A DNA stretch of 64,000 bases. It comes from Leucoraja ocellata (lineage: Eukaryota). A program made the position numbers and the translations under genes. Position 1 is the first letter of the stretch. Each line of letters starts with the position of its first letter. The notes under the pieces are model-generated. The model did not search any database. It was not told where the DNA came from and saw only the letters and a program-made list of their open reading frames with translations. Location of the stretch: the NCBI GenBank assembly GCA_036785375.1, contig JAWMAR010000061.1, positions 6,882,001 to 6,946,000 on the forward strand, written 5' to 3'. Positions 13,701 to 26,674 of the stretch are shown piece after piece.

Positions 13701-15540
13701 AAGATGTGTTTGGCATGGAGGGTATAGGAAAAACTACTTCAGTGTGTGATCATCTTATATCATTATTTGGAGTACATTTTTGTCATAACCAACACTGCAA
13801 ATTAATAGAGAGACAAGAAACACTTATTGTAACATCCCCAAAGAGGACCCTAGCACCTGTTAGATTATATCATTGTCTGAGCTAAAAACCACCAAGATGC
13901 CATGGCAAGTACTGATCATCTTTGGATTGCCTGATCTTTCAACTGGGTTCCAAAATAACAGCAATAGCTGAGACATTATTGCAAGAAAATCTGCTCTCAG
14001 GGAACCCTAAAACAATAACTCATTTGGACAGTGCTTAATAGAAAACCTGCTAAATCACAACAAGGAAATATCTGTAAAGCATCTCAAGCATCTGGGCAGA
14101 TGTGAAGGCCAGCATACTTTGCATCTGTGAAGTGATGAATTTCTATACCTGTAAAACAACATGACTGGTTTGGTGAGAATTGACTTCAGGCACTAGATTC
14201 CTGCACCATGCCTTTAGTAGGTCCACAGGCCTTCTTCTTTTCGTGTCCATCTTGTTACAAACGTTGACCTCGCTGTCATCGTCCGTCCTGAAAAGGACAC
14301 AAGCTTCCGGCGACAATCCGTGGAGGCCATAACTTGTCGCAGTAGCAGAATTAGCTCAGGATACTTCCAGACCCGCGAGGTGGACGCTTCTGCTATGGGG
14401 CCAACACCAGATGTGATAAACATTGAGATCCAACAGCAAATCTGTGAAGCAAGGAACAGATGGAAAATACGAGTTTAAGAAGTTCATGAATTTGCTCATA
14501 ACCATAGCTGATTTGTCACTGTTGTGAAGATCATTCAGGGCCAAGATAGACACAAAAACCCGGAGTAACTCAGCGGGACAGGCAGCATCTCTGGAGAGAA
14601 GGAATGGGTGGCGTTTTGGGTCGAGACGTCACCCACTCCTTCTCTCCAGGTATTCTGGGGTATTCAGAATACAATAGGTAATCTGTTAAATGGGGTGACA
14701 GCACGATTACTGTGTTCTTTCCATTTTAGCATAATGTCGTTACATTATTTATGAAATCTTTCCATTCCCAAACAGAAATTCCTTCTTATTGTTGCGTTAT
14801 ATTTATAAATTAACATTTCTGTGCCAAGAAATACCTCGGTCACAATATCTTCCTTAATACCAATAGGCATTAGAATACTAGTGATTGATTGATTTAACTA
14901 GAGTACACACTAGATGCCAGTGAGTCTTCAGTTTTACACGGCTGCATTTGTAAAGATCCGTGCCTTTGCGGTACAAATTTGAGTCGGCATATTTATTTTT
15001 ATTGTTTACATTGAAACCTGTCATTTAGCAATGAAAAGCATAAGTGACATGTAACTGTAGGGTACATTTTCCAGCCAACATCGGATGTTAAAGTGAGGAG
15101 ATCTACCTGGATTTCTTGGTGTTTACAATGAATGTATCAATATTTTTTTATTTATTCCATTCCACATCTGCAGGAAAAATGTGGAGAATATGAGCTTTCA
15201 CCCTCAATAAACATTTGAAAGGTTAAACAGTTTTTTTTCTTACATTACCTTTATACTTTATAGTTGGTTTTCTAATGAAAGCTCTACATCGAAACTTAAG
15301 AAAACGACTAATTTTCAGGTATTTATATGTGTTAACATCGGTTTAGTTATATAACTTGGATTTTTATTTTCCCCACAGTCTATGCTTGGAGATAAATCTA
15401 ATCTGCCTTTGGCCTATCAACAATCAACACTGAACACAGAAGAGCTTGGTCCTTTCTTGAGACTCTGTCTTATGGATCAGAGTTTCCCAGCATTTGTGGA
15501 ACAAGTGGAGCAGGAACTTAAAAAGCTGATAGAAGAATGA
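7696..15540 (+). CDS. REC114: REC114 meiotic recombination protein, 3' part (4 coding exons: 7696-7779, 8338-8529, 11579-11659, 15379-15540); 5' exons not found in window
   Basis: Spliced with AG/GT junctions, all phase 0: EGFSLIEAHKWWKAVRNADCVLFGSKVK / NESRMFRVQFNGDSHKQALEHCSNCVQKL... / ...EGRMSIKQLAK / SMLGDKSNLPLAYQQSTLNTEELGPFLRLCLMDQSFPAFVEQVEQELKKLIEE*. This matches the remembered vertebrate REC114 PH-domain end and C-terminal EELGPFLRLCLMDQNFPAFVEEVE motif. Confidence 0.95.
8338..8529 (+). CDS. REC114: REC114 internal exon (192 nt)
   Basis: ttgatag|AATGAA...TTGGAG|gtagga; NESRMFRVQFNGDSHKQALEHCSNCVQKLLLYI... Confidence 0.92.
9923..10058 (+). mobile_element. Short retroposon family A, copy 2, with HDV-like head (9923-9976), inserted in an old CR1-like RT remnant
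   Basis: TSD ATAGTGTC(T/A)GA at 9912-9922 and 10059-10069; GAAGAAG tail. Confidence 0.85.
11579..11659 (+). CDS. REC114: REC114 penultimate exon (81 nt)
   Basis: ttgcag|ACACGT...GCAAAG|gtaggt; TRDTEEGQTLTQNTLSEGRMSIKQLAK (compare human GRTSLTQLAQ). Confidence 0.85.
14231..14402 (-). mobile_element. Short (GAA)n-tailed retroposon family B with 5' HDV-like ribozyme
   Basis: Minus strand ends ...GGACACGAAAAGAAGAAG; the 5' 60 nt fold as an HDV-type double pseudoknot. Confidence 0.7.
14343..14402 (-). ncRNA. HDV/CPEB3-like ribozyme fold (family B)
   Basis: GGCCCC A UAGCAGAA GCG UCCACCU CGC GGGUCU GG AAGUAUCCUGAG CUAA UUCUGCUA: P2 8 bp, P3 3 bp, P1.1 CC/GG, J4/2 CUAA; P1 imperfect. Confidence 0.75.
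15379..15540 (+). CDS. REC114: REC114 terminal coding exon
   Basis: ccccacag|TCTATG...GAATGA stop; conserved C-terminal helical motif; candidate polyA signal ATTAAA at 15743. Confidence 0.95.
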   Translation, partial: SMLGDKSNLPLAYQQSTLNTEELGPFLRLCLMDQSFPAFVEQVEQELKKLIEE

Positions 15541-18500
15541 CTTGGTTGACCTCCCTTCATTGGTGCTGCAGAAGATAATTGCTATAAATTCTGTCTGTTT
15601 GGGTGTCTTCTTACCCAGTACATTGATGTATTCTCTTTATTTTAATATCTCTTAGATTATTGGCTTGCTAGTGCCTTTCATGAGCAAACGGTTTAAAGGA
15701 TCATTTATTTTATTAATGCAAATCCAATGAATTTGTCAGATAATTAAAACAAGAATTTCTTTAGAAATGTGTCTTATGTTGATAATGGACTACATGACAT
15801 ATTTCTTTTGAGAATTAGTTCTGAACTAAGAGGTAGAGATCCAAGTTATAGAGTGCAACAGGTCACAAATTCAGTTTCAAGTTTAGTTTAGAGATACAGC
15901 ATGTAAACAGGCCCTCCGGCCCACCGATTTCATGCTGATCAGCAAACCCAGTACACTGGCTCTATACTGCACACTAGGGACAATTTACACTTGTTGCCAA
16001 AGCCAATTAGCCTACAAACCTATATGTTTTTGGAATGTGGGAGGAAACCAAAGAAAAACCACGCCGTCATTGGGAGAGCATACAAACTCCGTACAGACAG
16101 CAAACGTCGTCAGGATCGAACTCGGGTCTCTGGTGCTGTGAGGCTGCAACTCTACTGCTGCACTATCGTGCCATTACAGTTATTTGGCTCCAGTCTGTTC
16201 GGTTCTTCTTGGTTTCTTGGTCCTCCAAAATATTCCAAATGGAATTTAAACTGGAGGTGGTGAAGGGAGGGCTTAAGCCAGAAAGGGTTCTTGTACTATC
16301 ATTACTTTAGATCATTGCTATGGATCTTGATGTTCCAGGATAAGATTTATAAAACATATTTTTTGATGGTACTCTGTGAGAAGTGGAGAGGGGCATATGG
16401 CTGGACTATTAGCCAACAGTTTAGAACATAGAAGAGTACAGCACAACAAAAGAACCTTCAGCCTGCAACTCTTCAATTAATCAATGATGCCAATTTAAAC
16501 AAATCCCATCTACTTGCACATAAGGTCATAAGTCAAGCTCATAAGGAATAGGAGTAGAATTAGGCTATTCGGCCCATCAGGCCTACTCCACCATTCAATC
16601 ATGGCTGATTTGTCTTTCCCCCTAACCCTGTTCTCCTGCCTTCTCACCATAACCACTGACACCCATATTAATCAAGAATCTATCAATCTCTGCCTTAAAA
16701 ATATCCACTGACTTGGTCTCTACAGCCTTCCGTGGCAAAGAATTCTCCAGATTCACCACCCTCTGATGAAAGAGGTCACATGGTCAATATTCCATTGCCT
16801 TTTAAATGTTTGCTATCATATCTGATTCCACTACCTCCCACTCTTGTTAAACACAAACTCATCCTGTAAATTTAGATGGAAGCACAAGGAACTGCAGATG
16901 CCGGAATCTTGAGCAAAACACCCAAGTCCTGGAGGAACCCAGTGGGTCAGGCAGCATTTGTGGAGGGAATGGACAGATGACATTTTAGGGCAGCACCTTC
17001 AACTTGAAATGTTTACCTTCTCTTCATACTGTATGCTGTCTAATATACTGAGGATCGGCAATCTGTTTATAGAGCAGACAGATGGGACAGAATTCAGCGT
17101 AGGCTTCTGGACCACTTGGTCGAGATGTCGTAGAAAAAGTAATAAAACGCATTGACCAAAGACAATGTACTTTACAAATTATTAGTGATCACATGAACAT
17201 CGGACAGCACAGCACCGGAATAGTTCCTTCAGCCTACAATGTGTATACTCAGCTTGATGCCAAATTAAACTAATCCCTTCTGCCTAGGCCTGGCAGAATG
17301 TATCCCTCCATTCTCTGCATATCTATGTGGCAAATACATGTGAAAAATCTTGGAATTAGGCACCAGGAGGTGGTGTTGTGCACAGCTTGGCCTGATATCC
17401 GAGCAGCCTCTGCCACAAGGATGAGTTATAGAGATTTTTTTTTTGATTTATTAACAGCACAATGTACTTATTTCAATAACTTCTATAAGCAAGTAAACCA
17501 GTTATGCACAATGCACAATAGAATGAGGAAATGCAATGGAATTGGAAAGCATGTTTTTTTCCATCAGCCCAAAAGCACTCATTATGCTGTCAATAAAACA
17601 ACTTTTGATGGATTCATTGCTAACAGCACTTATTCATTCTTTAGCATTGACTGACTCAGGAAGTCCTCCCAAAACAAGCTTGGCAAACAATGATCACAAT
17701 CATACTTTAATAGCAACATTTTGCAAAATTTTTTTTGTTTTGCAACGGATGAGGAATTTAATTTGCCATACAGTCATCATACCGATAAAAAGCAACAGAA
17801 CACACAAAATACATTTTCACATAAACATCCACCACAGTGACTCCTCCACATTCCCCACTGTGATGGAAGGTGAAAAAAAAGTTCAATCTCTTCCCTTCTT
17901 TGTTCTTCTGCGGTCGGGGGCCTCGAGCCCTCCGTTGACGGAGCGATCTTGGCTCTTGTAGCCGCCGGTGTTTGGGCTCTAGTGTCGGGGCGTTCAAGCT
18001 CCTGTATTGGGGGGGAATCTCAGCTCTCCCGCGCCGGATGATCTGACCCTGGGCTGGTCGAAACTTTCTACTTCGTTTGGAGCTTCCCGACATCGGTCTC
18101 CGCCTGAGACTGCGATCCCCTTGATGATGAAATCTGCAGGCCGCGGTCGAAGCGTCGATCCCAGGCCAGCATCGGCTCCGATGGTAAGTCCACGTCCCCG
18201 AGGCGCTGTAAGGCAGCATCACTACCACTTATGAATCTATGAATACACCACAGAATCAGAAATGTTGGCACACCATGTCTGCACAAACCATGATATCAAT
18301 CCCAACTGCCTGGGCATGGTGCCTCATCCTCTATTCACTGCCTTTTCATTTGTCTTTCTAAATCCTTCTTGAGCCCCTACCACCCTCCGAGAAACCAACC
18401 ACTCTTACCTTACACATCTCTTTTTAAAGTTTCCTCTCACCTTAAACCCCATGCCCTGCAGTATATCTCCACCCTTATCAATTGAAGCAAAACAGTGGAG

Positions 18501-18734
18501 GTAAAAACAAGTGAGCAAAGAATGAGAATAGAAATCAATAAACCATCAGGTCCTGATGACCTGCGTCCTAATGTTTTGTAAGAGTACCTGAAGTTAATCG
18601 TCTTCCATTATTCCAGAGTTGATCCATGACCTATGAATCTGACTACCTGTCCACTGCCTAATGGGAGCTTGTGGTGTATCTGACTGAGGAGGGGTATTAC
18701 AGCAATGTGCACACGTGATTGGTGTTCAGTATGG

Positions 18735-19692
18735 TCCCCAGGGTTGCGTCCTCAGCCCCCTATTGTACTCCCTGTACACACATGACTGTGTGGCTAGGTT
18801 CAGCTCCAATTCAATAATTAAGTTTGCTGATGACACTGTGGTGGTGGGCCTGATCTCAGACAATGATGAGAGGGCCTACTGGGAGGAGGTGGCTGATCTA
18901 GCACTCTGGTGCCAGGAGAACAGCCTCCTCTTGAACATCAAAAAAACGAAGGAGCTGATCATGGACTTTAGGAGGGCACACCATCCGAGGACGTACACTG
19001 CATTGAGTATAAATGGGGATCCTGTGGATAGGGTGAACTGTTTTAAATATCTGGGAGCCCACATCTCTGAGGATATGACATGGTCATCACACGCCTCAGC
19101 ACTGGTGAGTAAGGCAAGGCAGCGCCTTTACCACCTCAGGCAATTGAGGAAATTCAGAGTGTCTCCGAGGATCCTCCAGTGCTTCTACGCAGCGGCGGTG
19201 GAAAGCATCTTGTCCGGGAACATTACCATCTGGTTCGGGAATTGCTCTGCCAAGGACAAGAAGGCTCTGCAGAGAGTAGTGCGTTCGGCCGAACGCACTA
19301 TGGGAACTTCACTAACCCCCCCTGCAGGAACTATACAACAGGAGGTGCAACTCCAGAGCAAACAAAATCATGAGAGACCTCTTCCACCACTGCAACGGAC
19401 TGTTCCAGCCACTACGGTCAGGCAAACGCCTCCGTTGCCATTCAGTGAGAACGGAGAGGTTGAGGAGTTTCTTCCCAGAGGCAATTCGGACTGTAAACGC
19501 CTTTCTCACCAGGGACTAACTGTACAGAACGTTTTTCCTTCTATTATTTATTATGTAAAATAATATGTGTGTTATGATTGTGTTTATAATTTGTTTGGTT
19601 GTTTTGTTGTTCCGCGAGCATTGCCACTTTCATTTCACTGCACATCTCGTATGTGTATGTGACAAATAAACTTGACTTGACTTGACTTGACT
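18735..19692 (+). mobile_element. Rex1/Babar-like LINE, 3' RT fragment
   Basis: PQGCVLSPLLYSLYTHDC...KFADDT...FKYLG...KARQRLYHLRQL; (CTTGA)n tail; inverse copy of the tail at 35541-35710. Confidence 0.85.
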
Positions 19693-20832
19693 TGGTCTCG
19701 GCGGGCAGAAGGCCCTGTTTCCATACTGCATCTTTCAATTAATTAATTCAAACAAACAAGCAATGCTAGTCCTTCTGGAGTACGGCAAAACAGGTTATGT
19801 TCCATCTATTTATTGTTTTCTCTCTGTTTTCCCTTTCAGAATTTTACTCCTATCTACACCTGAGATGATTTGGAGACCTTATATAATCATTCTTTCGTAC
19901 GCACCACCTAAACTCGTTTTGCCCTTTCATTACTTCTAAGGGCTTCTATTTAGCACCTCAGTGGGAATTAATACTTTACATTTAATATTCAAATTAGGCA
20001 AAATAAACATCAACTTATAAGTATGGCTACAGATTTGATATAGGTAAACCTGATACTGTGTTATTTGATTTAATTCAATGGAACTCAAACAAAAGCCTTT
20101 CACTGTAGCTTGGTGCACGTGATAATAATATACCACTTGTAGTGTATGTCATTATTGTCAAGTGTACTGAGGTGTAAATAGTTGAATTTAATGGTGTCCA
20201 GTCAAAGAAGTCTATATGAATACAATTGGGCAATCCACAGTGCACAGTATATAATCTCCACCCTAAATAAACATTTCTCGTTTTTCATTTCATTTCAGAC
20301 ATCAGTCTGAAGAAGGGTCTCAACCAGAAACGTCACCCATTCCTTCTCTCCAAAGATGCTGCCTGTCCCGCTGAGTTACTCCAGCATTGTGTGTCTACCT
20401 TGTACACAGATAAAGAATTGAGGGTACAAATATTTAGTGCAAAGGCATATGATTAAAGTACAATTAAAGATAGTACAAATGTCTCCGTTGAGGTAGATGG
20501 GAGGTCAGAACTGCACACTAGCTAATGAGAGGATTGTTCAACTGCCTGATAACAGATGGGAAGAAACTGTTTCTGAATCTGGAGCTTTGCGTTTTCAAAT
20601 TAAATATCAAAATAAACCAATACCAAGAAAGTTCTGAAAAATAGAAGAACAAAAATCACAGCTCTAGCAGTAAAAAAATTCAAGATGCACAATTAGAAAA
20701 CACAGACATGAACAATAGAGATTACGCAAAATTCATTTCAAATTGACCACCCAAACAACTTAAGGTGCATTCATCTTAAAGCAAAGATTTGCAAATCCTG
20801 GGAAAATGAAATGTTGTGTTCACAAATGGTTA

Positions 20833-21150
20833 AAGCCCTGTCCCACGGTACGAGTTCATACGAGTTTGCCCTGATTCGAACTCGGAGATTTACGGTAATG
20901 GCCACTCGTCGGTACTCGGGGCTCTCGTGGACATTTTTCAACATGTTGCAAAATCTTCACGAGTCTTTCCCGTACCTACCTGCCGTTAGCGAGTCTTCCC
21001 GAGTACCTGCCGTTAGCGTTGCAAGCCGCTAAGAGACGTCCCCGAGCTCCGACGTACCCACTACGTTCATTCTCCGTGCTTACCACGAGTTTGATTTTTT
21101 TAAAACTCGGGAGAGCTCTTGGAATGAACTCGTACAGTGGGACAGGGCTA
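20833..21150. mobile_element. PIF/Harbinger-like MITE
   Basis: TIR AGCCCTGTCCCAC(G/T)GTACGAG; TTA on both flanks. Confidence 0.75.
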
Positions 21151-21368
21151 TTATACAGTTCTTTTGCTGACTCGGTTCCTGTCCCCACATATGCTGCCTG
21201 TGTATTTTCAATATTTTCTATTGTCTATATATTAGGCTGCATTCATGTTCTGTCTTGGATCATTGTACAATTTTGTACTGACCATTAAGATTTTGGATGC
21301 AAAGTTTAATCGCAGCTCAGCGGGTGAGGCAGCATCTATAGAGCAAAGGAAAAGGTGACGTTTCGAGT

Positions 21369-21396
21369 CTGAAGAAGGGTCTCGACCCGAAACGTC
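21369..21396 (+). ncRNA. Minimal type I hammerhead motif (Penelope terminal repeat)
   Basis: CUGAAGA-A-GGGU(CUCG)ACCC-GAAA-C-GUC. Confidence 0.65.
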
Positions 21397-23583
21397 ACCT
21401 TTTCCTTCCCTCCATAGACGCTGCCTCACCCGCTGAATTTCTCCAGTATTTGTTTTAAAAATATTTTTGTTAGAAGCAAACATATTATGGTAAAGTATAG
21501 TTACATATTATAGTAAAAAAAAAATTCATATACGTCAATCATACATTATTAAAATTTTCAATTGTCGATTAATTCTGCTTCTGGTGTTTTTTTTATATAG
21601 ATAGAAAGAGAGAGAAAGAGAAAAAAAGAATGACTCCAGTATTTTTATCTCCCTTTCATTTCATGCTACAGTACTTTTCCCCTTTTAGAACATCAGATTT
21701 ATTATGGTCGTACAAAACTACGAAAATTAAATCATTTAACGTTAATGTATGGATTGCGTATTTACACCTTGATGTTGTTTTATCATTTGCATTACGTTAA
21801 ATAATAGTTTGAAAGAGGAGGACGATTTATTGCTCTCAACTTTGTGTAAATTCATATGCCCAAAAGGGACAGTTTCTTCCCAGCTGATAGCAGGCAACTG
21901 AATCACCCCACCACAACTAGAGAACAGTCCCGAACTTCTATCAATCTCATTGGAGACCCTCGGACTATATTTGATCAGAATTTACTGGCTTTACCTTGCA
22001 CTAAACGTTATTCCCTCATCGTGTATCAATGACTCGATTGTAATCATGCATTGTCTTTCCGCTGACTGGTTAGCACGCAACAAAAGCTTTTCACTGTACC
22101 TCGGTGCACGTGACAGTAAACTAAACTGAACTGAACTATAAAAAGTATTTACTTGACTAGTTGATTGGATTTGAGTTTTCAAGAACTACAGCATGTACAA
22201 TTCAACACAGCCATCAGGCTATTAAACCTGGCTCGGACAAAACTAAACATTAATAACCCATTATCTGTTATTTGCACTTTATCAGTTTATTTATTAATGT
22301 GTTCTGTAGTCAATGCCTACTATGTTCTGTTGTGCTGAAGCAAAGCAAGAATTTCATTGTCCTATCAGGAAGTCATGACAATAAACTCACTTGACTTGAC
22401 ACTTATGCAAAACTTCCCAATGAAAGAGAGAGTTATTTACATTAAAATGCCGGTTCTCCAGTGTATATTTTGGCCACTTTCTCAGCATAATGCTGCTGGC
22501 TCTTTAATACAAATCACATGTATAAAACAAGTTAAGTCGCTAATGGTTTTTTTGGCCATGACTCTGGTATATAATGCAGCAAAAATAATCCAAGCAACAA
22601 AAAAAATTAGTAGTCAAAGCAACTGGCATGGTCAAAATTTGAAATCCTTTATTGAGGAGATTAACATGAGATTAACAGTAGCTCAGGCCCTGGCAATCGC
22701 AAGCAAAGTATCAATCATCCCCTTTTAGCCTCGTATGGTGTGGGCAAGTGTTAATTTGGATTAATAGTAGGAGCAAAACATTAAAAAAACAAGCATTCTT
22801 CAATCATTGTGAAATATTTATAGAATAGGGCAGTCTTATAACTTTGGTTAATGTCAATGAGAAGGACGTGGCCAAGAATTGTAAGCATGCTGAAGATATT
22901 TTGGAGTTCTGATGCAGACTCTTGAGATGAAACATTCTCTTCTGCAGATGCTGCTGGCCCACTGAGATCTTCCAGCAGTTTGCTATTTTGGTTAAGATCT
23001 TTGGAATCTGCTTTGAAATCGTATAGATAAGCTCAGCAAACATTAAATAAAAACTCTCAAACATTTTGACTGCATCTTAACAAGATTAACTGGCAAGTGC
23101 TATGTGATATTGGTGAGAAAGCCTGTACTATCTGTTGAATCTGTTGCAATGTTGCATTATCTGGCTAATGAGTTCTAATGAGAATGAAATGACGATTTTA
23201 TGGCTTGGATGACAGACAGGTTTATTAGGATATTTGAAACTATCAGAACTATCAGTTTCTGGATGTTCACTCGATGGTAGATTAAATCAGTAGAAGCAAG
23301 GAACTGCAGATGCCCATTTACAAAACAAAGATACAGAGTGCTGGAGTAACTGGATCAGGCAACATCTCTGGAGAACATGGATAGATTCCCCTTCTAGAGG
23401 AGGATGGTCCAGACCCAAGATGTTACCATGGACTACAGGCTGCACGGCCGGGAGGGATGGGCTGATCAGCCGCTGGAGGGAAGTCACCGAGCCCGGCCCC
23501 TGTTCATCCCTCGAGGACCAGAGAGAAGGATGGAGGGAGTGGGCAGTGGAGCACATAAGAACAAGGGCTGCTAAGAGAGAGAA

Positions 23584-24095
23584 CTTGATTCTTGCTATTG
23601 AGGGAGTGCATCGTAGGTTTACAAGGTTAATTCCCGGGATGGTGGGACTGTCACATGCTGAGAGAATGGAGCAGCTGGGCTTGTACACTCTGGAGCTTAG
23701 ACGGATGAGAGGGAATCTCATTGAAACATATAAGATTGTTAAAGGTTTGGACACACTAGAGGCAGGAAACATGTTCCCGATGTTGGGGGAGTCCAGAACT
23801 AGGGGCCACAGTTTAAGAATAAGGAGTAAGTCATTAAGAACGGAGACGAGGAAACACTTTTTCTCACAGAGAGTGGTGAGTCTGTGGAATTCTCTGCATC
23901 AGAGGGCGGTGGAGGCAGGTTCTCTGGATGCTTTCAAGAGAGAGCTAGATAGGGCTCTTAAAGGTAGCAGAGTCAGGGGATATGGGGAGAAGGCAGGAAC
24001 GGGGTACTGATTGGGGATGATCAGCCATGATTACATTGAATGGCGGTGCTGGCTCGAAGGGCCAAATGGCCTACTCCTGCACCTATTGTCTATTG
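23584..24095 (+). mobile_element. CR1 (HER1-like) LINE 3' fragment
   Basis: [16 protein letters not shown]...TRGHSLRI...QRVVSLWNSL; CTATTGT tail. Confidence 0.9.
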
Positions 24096-24409
24096 TCTAA
24101 CTAAAGTTTTCCCTTCCACGCCCCCAAGATCGGCTACGAGCAGCACCCCCAGGGCACACAAAGGCTGAAGTTGGATGGGTGAGGAGAGGGATGATGGTTT
24201 TCTGGACGATCCTGACAGAGGTGACGGCTGTAGGCCCTGCAGCAGCCTGGGACTCGCCTGGATTAGGTCCCACTCCAGGAGACCTGAACTTCGAAATGGC
24301 ACCAAAGCCTGGTGACTCTTGCATGCGGTCTCAGTGAACTGGTTCTACACACTTTGAACTAATCGGGGATTGTGCTTAGGTATGGCAATCTTCTAAAGTG
24401 TTAGTGTTA

Positions 24410-25311
24410 GTGTTAGGTGTGAGGAGGATGCTAGGAGACTGCAAGGTGACTTGGATAGGCTGGGTGAGTGGGCAAATGTTTGGCAGATGCAGTTTAATGT
24501 GGATAAATGTGAGGTTATCCATTTTGGTGGCAAAAACGGGAAAGCAGATTATTATCTAAACGGTGGCCGATTGGGAAAGGGGGAGATGCAGCGAGACCTG
24601 GGTGTCATGGTACACCAGTCATTGAAGGTAGGCATGCAGGTGCAGCAGGCAGTAAAGAAAGCGAATGGCATGTTGGCTTTCATAGCAAGAGGATTTGAGT
24701 ATAGGAGCAGGGAGGTTCTACTGCAGTTGTATAGGGTCTTGGTGAGACCACACCTGGAGTATTGCGTGCAGTTTTGGTCTCCAAATCTGAGGAAGGACAT
24801 TATTGCCATAGAGGGAGTGCAGAGAAGGTTCACCAGACTGATTCCTGGGATGTCAGGACTGTCTTATGAAGAAAGACTGGATAGACTTGGTTTATACTCT
24901 CTAGAATTTAGGAGATTGAGAGGGGATCTTATAGAAACTTACAAAATTCTTAAGGGGTTGGACAGGCTAGATGCAGGAAGATTGTTCCCGATGTTGGGGA
25001 AGTCCAGGACAAGGGGTCACAGCTTAAGGATAAGGGGGAAATCCTTTAAAACCGAGATGAGGAGAACTTTTTTCACACAGAGAGTGGTGAATCTCTGGAA
25101 CTCTCTGCCACAGAGGGTAGTTGAGGCCAGTTCATTGGCTATATTTAAGAGGGAGTTAGATGTGGCCCTTGTGGCCAAGGGGATCAGAGGGTATGGAGGG
25201 AAGGCAGGTACGGGATACTGAGTTGGATGATCAGCCATGATCATATTAAATGGCGGTGCAGGCTCGAAGGGCCGAATGGCCTCTACTCCTGCACCTAATT
25301 TCTATGTTTCT
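24410..25311 (+). mobile_element. CR1 (HER1-like) LINE 3' fragment with uninterrupted 256-aa ORF2 end (young copy)
   Basis: WQMQFNVDKCEVIHFG...[13 protein letters not shown]...TRGHSL; TTCTATGT tail. Confidence 0.92.
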
Positions 25312-25911
25312 AAACTGCATGCAAAAAATGATTTTCATTGTGCGTGTGTACATGTGATAATAAAGAACCATTAAACTGTAGAGTTCAGCATTTCTGTGTC
25401 TGCCTCACTTTACAGTTGCCGCCCAACCTGCTGATCATTCGGATGATAAACAAAATAATTCAGACATTAGCCAAAAAACTATCAGTTTCTGGGTGTTCAC
25501 CAAATAGTAGAAAGAAGGAACTGCAGATGCCTTCTTACAAGACAAGGACACGGTGTGCTGGAGTAACTCAGGCAGCATCCATGGGGAACATGGAAAAGTG
25601 ATTGAGACCCTTCCACAGAACCGATGGATTAAATCAGGTGTGTTTTGATTTTGCATTGGACTTGTGTAATTGAGACAATGCAAGCGATTTGCAGTTAAGA
25701 GTGACAAGGAGTTGAAGAATTTGCACAATAGAGTGGTGATTGTAAACGTGAGGCGTAGCACTAGATGTCAGGTGGCACAACCTGATGGTCCGGATTACAT
25801 GGAAAGAAATTTATTTCACAACTTAAGATGTCCCGCAGCACTTTAGTAATGATAGTGCTTTTGAAATGTCACAGGTTGTATTAAAACTAGCTAAATAATC
25901 AAATTGAAAGA

Positions 25912-26382
25912 CCATTCAGCCCTTCGAGCCAACACTGCCATTCAATGTGATCATGGCTGATCATCCACAATCAGTACCCGTTCCTGCCTTCTTCCCATAT
26001 CCCCTGACTCCGCTATCTTTAAGAGCCCTATCTAGCTCTCTCCTGAAAGTATCCAGAGAACCTGCCTCCACCGCCCTCTGAGGCAGAGAATTCCACAGAC
26101 TCACCACTCTCTGTGTGAAAAAGTGTTTCCTCGTCTCCGTTCTAAATGGCTTACCCCTTATTCTTAAACTGTGGCCCCTGGTTCTGGACTCCCCCGACAT
26201 CGGGAACATGTTTCCTGCCTCTAGCATGTCCAAACCCTTAATAATCTTATATGTTTCAATAAGATACCCTTCTAAATTCCAGAGTATACAAGCCCAGCTG
26301 CTCATTATCCCAACATATGACAGTCCCGCCATCCCGGGAATTAACCTTGTGAACCTACTGTACACTCCCTCAATTGCAAGAA
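25912..26382 (-). mobile_element. CR1 LINE 3' fragment
   Basis: Reverse-strand homolog of 23584-24095. Confidence 0.85.
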
Positions 26383-26539
26383 TAGATGGACCACATATTT
26401 TAAGCCGTGTGTGTGATTTCTTTAATTAAATGACTCGGGGGCATCTGAGCACATTGTCTGAGAGCCGCCTATAAGGTGTGTTCCCTTCGAGTGACGAAGC
26501 ATTTGGCAAAGAATGTATTTAATTCCACATTTCCTCCTG

Positions 26540-26674
26540 TGCCTCTTTATAAGGAGCAGTCAAATCCGCCCAAGCTTGGACTTAAGGCTAGCTTTTGCCT
26601 TCAAGACAGCATGAGCATTCTACCCCTCTCTTTGTGAAGCGCTGCTTGAGAATAGATCTCACGTTTGCAAAAAG
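26540..26674 (+). promoter_or_regulatory. Candidate DUOX core promoter and non-coding first exon
   Basis: TATA-like TTTATAAG at 26546, non-repetitive sequence, donor aaag|gtatat at 26674/26675. The ATG exon has its own acceptor at 27203, so an upstream exon is needed. Confidence 0.35.

Noticed and set aside
19820-19940. Strong acceptor-like tract TTTTCCCTTTCAG at 19839
   Set aside because: All frames close quickly and resemble neither DUOXA nor any protein I recognise.
22357-22728. 123-aa plus-strand ORF in intergenic DNA
   Set aside because: Starts in a repeat tail, no motif or splice support.
23420-25221. 196-aa and 256-aa ORFs as host genes
   Set aside because: CR1 ORF2 C-terminal fragments, 5'-truncated.
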